A stretch of DNA of 64,000 bases from positions 7,254,001 to 7,318,000 of the forward strand of contig OU015567.1 in the NCBI GenBank assembly GCA_907165135.1. The letters are read 5' to 3'. The translations under genes and the position numbers were made by a program. This document shows positions 53,749 to 64,000 of the stretch, one piece after another (the first letter of the stretch is position 1; each line of letters starts with the position of its first letter). Under the pieces are notes generated by a model. That model searched no databases, was not told the origin of the DNA, and was given only the letters and a program-made list of their open reading frames with translations. Source of the stretch: Oikopleura dioica (taxonomy: Eukaryota > Animalia > Chordata).

Positions 53749-54565
53749 TCTATTAGAATTTATTTCAGAATACTGCGGAGGAGGAAGAACTACAGTAGTT
53801 GAATCAGAAAAAGCAGGGTTTGAATGTGCCTCTCCGGCTCTTGGGGGTCGGGAGGGAACTGGATCATCTTTCGGGTAGTTTTCGATGTCACCGTATTCTG
53901 GTGGGAGATCGGCCATTCCGGGCAAGTTTGAATTTCGCTCTGAAAATCAGGTTGAGTTTTTAGAAAAGGGCCGATTGACTTACCGTTTATGACGACAGTT
54001 CCACCGAGATTTTGAATGACTCTGGTGGCGGTTGGATTTCTAGGGCAGAGCTTGGGGATGATCACTTTCATTGTGATGAAAATGAGCAACGTCAGAATCA
54101 GTAATCCTCCAACGACTCCTCCTGAAGAAGATCGGATACGAAGGATAAGATAATTTATGTTCTTACCGAGGATGTATTGAAGCAGATTCTCATGGGAGAT
54201 GCTTGAATTTTCCAACGTCATTTCTTCCGTTGTAAAGATATCTGAAAATAGGTTTTATGGTTCGCTGAATAAATAATTTTATTTACCAATTATTTCGCAC
54301 GAATCTTTAATTTTCAGATTCGAAAAATTGACTCCAGTGTCGAACTCCCATCCTCCTTGTAAAATTTGATCATTATCTAACTCCAAGCACTTTGAGTAGA
54401 TAATAGCTTCTTTTGCTGGTATTCCCAAATTGAGACAGCTAGCGTCGTTAATATTTTTGTAAATATAGCAATTGGAAGGAAGCGGCAATGAATCTTCTAA
54501 TTGATCGGTTGAAGAGCTTTTTATATCTTCGTAAATTTCATCAAAAATTTCCGGGTATTCCTCTA
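53749..54565 (-). CDS. Single-pass membrane protein with cytoplasmic PY motifs (5' end unresolved)
   Basis: Cys-containing ectodomain exon (54279-54560), TM GGVVGGLLILTLLIFITMKVII, and tail ..LPPEY..LPPPQYSEINSNR*. Confidence 0.55.
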
Positions 54566-55318
54566 AAATCCCGCTAGTTCAATTTTTTGTTTTCAGTTTT
54601 CTCACCTTGCTTTTCAAAATCTCTTTTTTGAATACAACTGTTCCGTTGAGACGCTTCTTTCTCCACATTTGTATAAATCTCTCTGATGCCAACAACAACG
54701 ACAATCACAGCTAAAGCATAAATGTAAATACAGCAGGTTCCTTCGAGGTCATTCAGTGCCCGAACTTCGAAAGTTCGACTATAATAGGGGGAATTGATCA
54801 TTTTCAATCTCTATCCAATCAAACAAAAAATAGAAAAAAAATTGTGTTTCCGGTTTGAGAAAAATCCTGAATCCCACTAGTTTTGCTAAATTTAAACTAA
54901 AAAAAGTTTTAGTAAAAAACAACCGTTTCTTCCTTGATATCAATTTTAGACATCTAATTTTAATGGATCATTGAGTTTTATTCTTACAAATAGCCATTTT
55001 ATTGAATGAATTAAAAGCTAAGTACTTTGTCAAGAATATGGGATAATCAAAAAAAAAAATCCGTACCGATAAAAAAGCAGAAAATCGAGCAAACAGGAGT
55101 GAAACAACTTCTTCTATAATTCTGAGCTCTGTGAGAACTTCTGAATAAAAAAGCTAAACTCATATTTTCGAACGTACTTCGTTTCAACTCAATTTCGTGC
55201 ACTAAAGAATCGAAAGAAAAGCAGAATTAGCAGTCGTAAATGATCGGACTCAGGACGGGTTAACGATATGCCCAATTATAAAAAGAAGAATGACGCATGA
55301 CCCCAGAATCAGGGCACA

Positions 55319-55423
55319 AACCAAGAATAGGAAGTGATTTTTTGGATAGCCAATAAGATTGCTGTACTTGCCCTACCGGCCAATCAAAATTCAGATCCAG
55401 AAAATCACTTCGTTTTCTTGGTT
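55319..55423. mobile_element. MITE family A, copy 2
   Basis: Homologous to 15619-15722. TIRs aaccaagaataggaagtg and cacttcgttttcttggtt. Confidence 0.8.
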
Positions 55424-58400
55424 CAGGGTGAAAAGTTCATCCTTACCGATAAATGCTAGAATATAATGAATTCGTTGATTCTGCGGGTGACTGTAAAATC
55501 CTCTCATTTCAAAATTCACTCATTATTTTTTTTTTCTCAATTCTGACGAAAATATAATTGCAGCTTTCGTAAAAAGTAATTGCTCAAGTTTGTCAGTTTC
55601 AATTATCTGGAATAATTCATTATAGATGCCTTGGGTTTTGTTTTCCATCACCTTACAAAGGCCAAAAAGCTCAAGCGAACAAAGAAAACAAAATGAAGAT
55701 GCGTGCCACTATTGTCGACCCTGTCGACCGTTGTGAGGATTAGTTAAAATTGGACGCTCCAGAAAAGTTCACTTACCAAACAAAAACCAGCACAGTTGCC
55801 AAATACTGAAGCTACTTCTGCTTCTCTGTCTGTTCTGTCTTCTTCTGATTCGAATCATTGTTACTCTCGTCACGACCAATGTGTCCTAATAATTTAAAAA
55901 AATCTATTTTGAAGATGTTTTTTAATGACGACTTTCTGTGGCGAGCAAATTTTTTGTTCACGCACTCGCAATTTTTAAGCGATCGCCGGAATCGCCTCCA
56001 GACTTTGATTTTTTATGGCTGACTTGAGCTGTTAGAAATTTTCATTTTACTGACCCACTTTTGTTTTTTTTTAAATGTCTATTTTTATCACTTACCATTT
56101 AAAAACGATAATCAAGAAACACGCTCTTTTTTTAATTTTTCTGATATCCTTTTTTGATTATTGAGAATAATTCACTTTCAAATACGGCTAGGTCTTTTTA
56201 CGCTGCTGTGCTTTCGCTGCGAGTGGAAGTAGTTCCACTTCTCTTTCATCTGATAATTGCCAAGGAGAATTTTTATTGAGATATTCAGAGAGTTGTATTC
56301 TTCTTTATTACACCGACAATTCATCAAGAAGAAGATTGCCGGTCTTCTATTTCTAAAACAACAATTCTGAAAGACTTGTGCGTTGATGATGTATTCCGGT
56401 GGCGTCTGAAAAGGGATCGAAAAGGGCGATTATGCAAACCCTCTGATGCGGCGATTTTTTGGGGCGATTTTCTGTATTTTGTATTGCACGAGAAGTTATA
56501 AGCTATCAAGGGATAGTGCCGGATAGGATTCCAATTTCGGGTCGAAATTTTCGGCTGTCAGCTCAGTGCGATATTTGAGCGAGCGGGTTTCGGCTCGAAA
56601 ATGTTTTACCGCGCCGCTCGCTCACGCTAAAATATCGCTCATCACTCAGCCGAAACTGGAACTTTCGACTCAAAATAAGCTCCGTTAAGAATTTCCGAAA
56701 GAAAGGAAAGAAAGAAGGCTTTGGAAAACGGGGGCATACAGTGACTAGCGGAAGTGGCAATCGGACACTTGTGGCGGAATAGACCTCACGCTGCCAGTTT
56801 CCATGGCGGGCAGGCTCTTGAGCGGAAATCCGCCAACTGGCCATCAGTGAGAGTTCACATTGGTAAGTCGACGGTGCACGCGTGGCTCAACTCGGACTAG
56901 CTGCAACTGCGTTTACTGGCTTTGCTAATGCCGCCGCCTTTTACCAAGTACCCATTTTACTTACTCCATCGATTAGCAATCTAAATTAGCAGCAAAGAAC
57001 TGATGGGAAAGTCAGAAAAAGAAAAACGCAGAATATTTTCGCGCAACAAGTTTCGGCAAAAAGTACACCACCAAATTTTCTTACCGCCAAACATCTCCGT
57101 CTTTTCCTCACGTGATCGGTGATTTAGATAGAAAAACGTGAAATTATACTAATTACTCATTATAATAAACTCATTATGCTGCAATATTCGAATTATTTTA
57201 TATAGATGCTATAAATAAACAGCGATTATATGATATAATTTATATAATTTATCCAAAGTTTCAGTTATTCTTTGGATTAAAAAGAACTTTAGATCATTTT
57301 ATCGGTGTCGAATCTCATTGAAATCAGATGACAAATGATCAGCTGATTACTCCTCATAAAAAATCAGGGCAACACCTTTTTTAATCAGAGAAGTCAAAAA
57401 TGAATCTAATCGAGATTTTTCAAAAAAGTACTTATATGTGAGCTATGTCAATCAGAAGAAAAAGATCCTGAATTTGCGAAAAAATATGAAATGAATAACA
57501 ATATTTTGTAATTTTTTTGGACACCCTTTGATCATCAACATTTGAATAAATTTCATACTATAAAATTGTCTCTCTTTCTTTAAAATTGCACAAGATCAAG
57601 ATATCGCTGGAAAATTAGAGATTTCTCTCTAAAACGAAACGTGAAATTTAGGCACTTGCAGGCTGCAGCATCTGGAGGCACGAAATTTTTGATCAGTAAA
57701 TCAGTAAAAGTAATCCGAATCGGCATGCTTCATTTTCAAAGTTTGGAAAATTTGCTTATTTAGATGCGGATTCAAGTGGCCTGCGCTTGAAATTATATAA
57801 CTGGCGTGTATTCTTGAGCATCGTTTGAAAATATCGTCCTCGCAACTTGGGCATATTTGCTGTGATAATATACATTTCTGCGCATTCCGCTTGGAACTAA
57901 AACTCAAACTTGAAGTGCGTTTAAAAGCTGCTTAGATGCGGCGATTGCGTAAAAAAACGCATTTTCGAGGACGCTATTCTTGTCAACAGCAATTTTAATT
58001 ACCAACAAGAGTACATACGCGCATCTCAATAATTCGCGCTCACGTGCTGACCGTGTAGCTATTTTCTAGCGCCCGTTTCAAGCCGCCCTTGAGAGTCTCA
58101 AATCTTTTCCAAATAGCTAAAAAAAAGTTCCAGCAAAAGATTTTCCACTCTGAACTTTTCAAAACAAAAACAGAAAAAGGAAGTTTAGTAAACGCACTTT
58201 TAAAGTTTTCAACTAAAGCAAACGAAAAAAGTGCCACTTCAAAATTGTGATTTTTTCCCAAAAGTGCTTTTTTTCACCGGAATTCGGAATTTTGTGAAAT
58301 TGAGGATCTCGTTTTTCGTAAGACGGGGAAAGAAGGGATTGGCGCGTGGATCATCATTCCTCCTGCCTTTTCCGAATTTAAATTCGGTTGTTAGAGGTGT

Positions 58401-60235
58401 TCTGCAGAATCCAGCTGGCGTCGTTTCAAAAAAGAGATAAAAACCTGATTTTGCGCTAAAGACAACTTTATCGGCGAAGCTCTCCTCGGAACCTTGTAAC
58501 CATTCAAGCCAACGAACAACAAGGCCTTGTTAGATCCCCTCTACTGTTACTGTAATTCATTTCGTTCAACAGTTATGCGATTATTCGATTGGGAAGTTGT
58601 TGAAAACAGGAACGTGTTTGTCTGGCGAATGCGCGCTAGAATTTCAAGCACTGTTGGTCAAGAGCTCGAGAATACTAATTCAGAATACTTACTTTGGCAA
58701 AAGTACGATCGATAAGCAATTCGCTTTGTTATGTTCAATATTTCTTCAGTAAGTAAAAAGAGGTTTGTTCAATGCATATTTCGTTTAGCTACCCTTATTC
58801 TACCGATGATTTTTGATGATTTCCCCGAAAAAACGACACCAAGCGAGAAGATTTCATTTTTTTTTGTGCTTGGAGGACCCCCCTGCTGGAAGAATTTTAA
58901 GTAAAAGAAGAATAAACTCTTCCGGGGATTAAAGAGTCTATGGACACTTTAGTCTATAGACTATAGTCTAAATAGTCTTTTATAGTCTATAAATTACAGA
59001 GTCTAGACTTTAACTCAGCCAGGAATAGATCAATTACTTCTTTGCGTCAGAAAAACAGGACATTCTAAATTGAGCAAATTTAGCAAATTTGAAATTGTCA
59101 AGATTGAGCTTAATCGCTGGCTATTATGAAATAGAACAGTCGCTCTCTATTTTTCTTTTAGAAGTCGTGGAAACGTCATTCCTAATGTTATTGCAGAGCA
59201 TAATCTCAAGCAGACCAATCTCAAGTTTATAAATTCGTCATAATCGCGTAACAACATATTTACGTAACGAGCACATCGAAAGAATCGGGATGTTTAAATG
59301 CTAATGATTGAAGCAAGCAATATTGTGTTAGAAATAAAAATAGGGACTCAGCGCTTTCATAATTTCTTTAATTAATTTACCAGATTTAATTTGCTTTTGT
59401 ATTTTTGTTCAAAATTATATGATTACACTCCTCGGTAGCTACCTCAGTAATCGACTCAAAACCACGACAGTGAACTAAAAGAGCAGTTTGTTTACAAAGT
59501 ACCAGTTGCTAAAAAGCGTCCCACAGTCAGTCGGACACTGAAATAGACGATTTGAATTGGACATCGTTAGAGGCGCGCTCTGGATCTATCTCTCTCTCTT
59601 TCTCTTCTTGATGATGATGGCGCCAACGCGCGCGCCCTGAGTCGATCGGAAAAAATCGCGCTGGCTTCGTTATTGCTCCAGAGAACCAAGGACTGCTCCT
59701 TCACGAAGTAATATTTTTCCATAGATACTTCGGAGCAGCTTTTAAACCGAATTCTTCAAGAGACTAAGACCACGAAAGTGGATAATACGAAAAAAAGGAG
59801 GAATACATAAATCGTCTTTAAAAAGGTAACAAAAAAAATTTAAGAGAGGAGTAGAAAAGCAACCTTATTTTTGGTATTTTAATCGTTTTACCGAAGGTTT
59901 TACTTAGGGTATACCCTCTGTAAAATTTTTTTCTATTTATAGATGTCTTTGAACGAAAATTTTCTAATTTTGACTCAAAATTTTTGAGTCTCCTAAAATT
60001 AAGGGTCTCTAAGAAAAGAATCTCGAACTTTTCGAGTCGAAAAAAAAAATATTTTGAAAGACATTTTCTCTTTGCTAGAAAACGAAAAAGACCCTTATTT
60101 TCTTTGATTCAAAATAAAAAAAGTTGTGGAGCTAAATATGATGAAAGTGTAGCTTATGAGCAGCAACCTAAATAGGGCGTCGATGTGTTTTGGGCAGTCA
60201 TATTTTTAGAGCGTTGTCCAGTTTTCTCAAGTTAA

Positions 60236-60621
60236 GGGGGTAGAAACAGCTTTCTCGATTTTGGACTGCAGCTACATAAAAGAAAGCATAAGATTTAGTC
60301 ATGTTCACGAAATTTCCTCATAAATGTTCCTAGAAAAAGGGTTGAGCTTCACAAAAATGTGAATGAAATTTGTTTAACTATCAGGGATCTCGCGATATAC
60401 GTGTTTAAAAATTAGGGAAAATCGAGAATTTCGGAGAGATGAGCTGCTTCTGAGCCCCCTTACTCAAAAATTCGATGACTAAAACAAATTTCGAGAGAGA
60501 TGCTCTTAGATCTAAGATGTTTCTATCAAAACCTGAAGAGAAAATTTGAAAATGTAAGATTCTCTTGTCTGTAGCGCCGGTCAAAAATCGCCCATTTCGG
60601 AAAAAAGCTGTTTCTACCCCC
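60236..60621. mobile_element. Non-autonomous TIR element with TTAA target duplication (Kolobok-like)
   Basis: TIRs gggggtagaaacagcttt and aaagctgtttctaccccc, flanked by TTAA at 60232-60235 and 60622-60625. Confidence 0.8.
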
Positions 60622-61214
60622 TTAATCCTCAGAGTTAAATAAGGCTTAACCGTATTCTAGTGATATGCAGATGCGCGGGCTCATTAGCCATTCGGGATTA
60701 GGCAAATAGATCTTCTGTTGCCTTTGAAGGGAACTGCTGAACTGTTATCAGATGGGGCAGAAGTACTTGTCCCAAAAAGAGGCTTCCCGCGAAGGTGATA
60801 GATTCCCCTCTTCTTTCTTTCTCCACCTACTTCGGCATTAGCGCTAAGCCCCCTCTTCTCGCGTTCCTTACTTGAAACCGTTAAAACACTCCTCCATCGC
60901 GACTCGACCCTCTTCCGAGGAATAACGCTTCGTAATCGACGCTCAATGATTTTATCAAAACAAGCGATTAAAAATGATTAATTTACCAATTTATTTTTTC
61001 GTTGATGAAATCATAATTTCTCCTGATCCAAAACGAGCTTGGCCATGAGTTGGCTAATATTATTAACAACTCGGCGGGTGACGAGCACTTCGATAAGCGG
61101 AACGGGCTAACGCTCTAACCAGAGAGTCGGAGTCGGAGATAAATCCAACTTTTTATTCCCAGCTCGTCATATTTTGATAATGCGCGCGAAACTATAGCTT
61201 GACTCATTTTCTCT

Positions 61215-61385
61215 CATCATTCTTATGAAATTTTATTATGATTTTTTTTGTATAATTATTAATATTTAATTATTTTATTTTTATAATTTTATTTTTAATT
61301 TTTATAATTTTTGTTATTTTATTATTTTTTATTTTTTATTATTTTTTTATTATTTATTATTTTTGTTTTTAATAAAAACAAATAA
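61215..61385. repeat. AT-rich low-complexity tract (a second one at about 62060-62240)
   Basis: Almost pure A/T, (ttta/tta)n-like. Confidence 0.85.
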
Positions 61386-63773
61386 GTTGGTGAGCTGAGC
61401 AAGCTAATCTTTAGCCCTTTTATTTTGAGCTCTGTTACTATTATTTTGACGTGTGCTAGAATTTTTACGTATTGCTGCAATTAAGCGTTGGTTAGTTTCG
61501 TCACACGCTCTCTAAAAGGGCCGATCTGATGAGGTTAACGTCGAGTGACATAAGTTGGGGGAACCTTGGCAGAATGCGTCGATCATCGGCTGTCTCCTGA
61601 AGATACCGGTAGTTACTGGTGGCGGAAAAGATCTTCCAAAAGCGGAAAATTGATTTCGATAAGGCGCTGCGAAGAAATCGGAACAAGCCGCCACATTCAT
61701 TCACAACAACTAACGGTTCCATCACTTTGTCCAAAAATGATGTGGCATTTCACGAAGCCCACTTGCGCCAGTTAGAACTTCAGAAGAAAGAGACTCTTTT
61801 TCGAATGATTTTCGATTACCAAGATGCTGGCTCGCGTATAAAGTTGTGAACGAGGATCAGTCTAACTTGGGGGCGGGTGTATTTTCACACGACGCAGCGG
61901 ACGGACGTTTTGCATCCCTTCTTCCGGATCGTTCTAATACTTGACCAACAAATATGCAACCACGTGGTTGACTTCAGGCTCCACACAAACTGCACTTTTG
62001 TAATGAAAATTGACTTTTTCGAGTCGGAAAAAACCTAGATTTTCGAACTCATCTTTGTCCAATATTAAATATAATATTTAATAATTATATTAATATTTTT
62101 TTTATAAAATTATTAAACCTTATATATTGAATTATAATTTATAATATATTAAATTATAAAAATTTTTATTCTTTTTTAAAATATAAATTAATAAATTTTT
62201 ATATTTAATAAGTATAAATAAAAAATAAATATTTTTTGGCAAAATTAAGTTCTGTGAAAAAATAGACATAATTTCTGAAAGTGGTTATTTACAGTAACTG
62301 AAATCGCTTAAGAAATCATGAGATTATTTTTGCACTTCTCTCGTGAAAGCAAAAACGCTCCTGCTTCTGATTGTACATTAAAACTGCAGCTGTATTTGGA
62401 GTCACTTAGGTCGGTGGCCGCCCGCCCGGAGAGCAAGGACAATACCGGATCCTTCGAAAGTGAAATGATGCACCTGCAATCGCCTTTTTAGATTTTGCGT
62501 CTTAGATCGCTCTTCTCCCCGCCGCGGACTAACTCTAATCGCGCGCAACATCGCCCCGATTTTTTAAGCTTATCCGATTTTTTGACTTACTCCGCCGGAT
62601 TGATTATAAAAGAAAGAACTGATCTGTTACCCTTTATTGAGCGAATAGAAAAAAATACGAAAAAAATAAGTCTTTGATCGGGATTTGAACTCGCGACCCT
62701 TTGAACTCGAGATTTTTTTTATAATTTTTGAGCGTCAAAATTTTTAATCCTAAAATTTAGAATCTGAATTTAGAGGAAAACAGACTAAAACTTGAAGGTT
62801 TTTTAACTCTGAGTATCGTTAGCTAAAGTTAGTTTTGAAGGTTAAGGGCTATCGCCCAGATGTACGTAGTCTGGAGTCGCAGGTGCTGCTTATAGTATTT
62901 ATTGACTTTCGCCATGGCCACGTCGTTGCAGTACGTAACTCCGGGCGGGGGTCGTTGGTCTTACTGCAGCTTGTTTAGAAACTGAGCGGAACGTGATTTG
63001 CATCCCTTAATCCCAACTATCGCCACGCATCATCCGCTTTCTCTGTCATTTAACTCCTCATTTAACAAGACAAGTTCTAAACGGATTGCCAAATCATTGT
63101 TTTGCCAGATTTGAATATTCAAATATCACGCCGCTGTTTTTTTTTTAAATTTTATCTCGAAACTAAGTTCAAGGCAAATTGCGGGGATACCCTAAATTTT
63201 TCTTTACAAATCTTCTCTCCAAAGTTTAAATAGACTCTAAGCTATCTATTAGTTACAAATAATTATTATAACGGAAAGCTAGAATAAGCAAAAATTCGTA
63301 ATAAAAAGACCTCTCACACTTCATTTTTGTCGAAAAAGCGATTAACTCGACTCTTTCTAAAGCTCCCTCTCTATGTAAAGATGTGCCTACTTTGTGTCGA
63401 TCTCTTTGTTATCCTCCGAGGTCAGCCAGCCCGTACATATGCTGCGAACGGGTTAATGCTCTCCCGTCTTAGCAATTATTGAAGGACACCGGTTGGGCCA
63501 GCGAGCAGCACCAAACAAACCCTTAGTGCCACTCGCTCAAATGTGCAAAATGATTGTTTTGGGAATAAACCCTTCCAACCGATTTAGAAAAAGACCATTC
63601 AAGTAGTACAGCGCACAATTTCATCATCAATTATTTTTTTCGAATATGCCGAAATTAACAAAAAGCAATTACCAATTTTACCATTCAAAGATTTTCATCA
63701 ATAGAAGCATCATTTTGGACTCCAATTTCTGATTATATTTTTCATAAATCACAATCCATTATTAGGGGCGCCC

Positions 63774-64000
63774 TGGGAAAGTCGCCGAATGTCGCCAAAT
63801 GTCGCCGAATGTCGCTGAATATCGCCAAACGTCGCCGAATGTCGCTGAATGTCGCCGAATAGCGCCACTTTTTCTTTAAATACAGGCATCCTGAAAGAAA
63901 ATTGTTTTCTGTTTTTAAAAAAGAGTGGCAACATTCGACGACATTCGATGACATTCGGCGACATTCAGCGACATTCGGCGAAATTTGGCGACTTTTCCCA
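63774..64000. repeat. Foldback element built from 10-bp tandem repeats
   Basis: tgggaaa(gtcgccgaat)x~8 on the left arm and (acattcggcg)n..ggcgacttttccca on the right arm, which reaches the window end. Confidence 0.9.

Noticed and set aside
62675-62712. tRNA-like B-box fragments here and at about 17300-17320
   Set aside because: No complete cloverleaf or A-box pairing. At most they are SINE remnants.

Overview
Compact eukaryotic genomic DNA with very short introns (about 35-60 nt), at least one GA-AG intron and closely packed co-oriented genes. This most resembles an appendicularian tunicate (Oikopleura-like); the taxon is inferred, not proven. Genes in order: UBE3C HECT ligase (+), whose 1.7-kb intron hides an antisense 6-exon ninjurin gene; a 3.3-kb tandem duplication covering the 3' ends of UBE3C and of a convergent sushi-domain membrane-protein gene; a sulfotransferase; SPATA1-like; then ten minus-strand genes over about 21.5 kb (XRRA1, an atypical homeobox, TSC22-like, a B-box orphan, IMPACT, LRRC10-like, BUD31, a GT31 galactosyltransferase, an O-fucosyltransferase and a degron-less beta-catenin). 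After these come a small secreted Cys-rich peptide gene embedded in a 288-bp inverted repeat, a cytoplasmic actin gene with two alternative N-terminal coding exons (E-rich versus D-rich, echoing vertebrate gamma/beta actin), a PY-motif membrane protein, and a mostly non-coding 55-64 kb tail with MITEs. Five single-base homopolymer frameshifts suggest uncorrected long-read errors. All gene models were read by eye and all homologies come from remembered motifs, not database searches.
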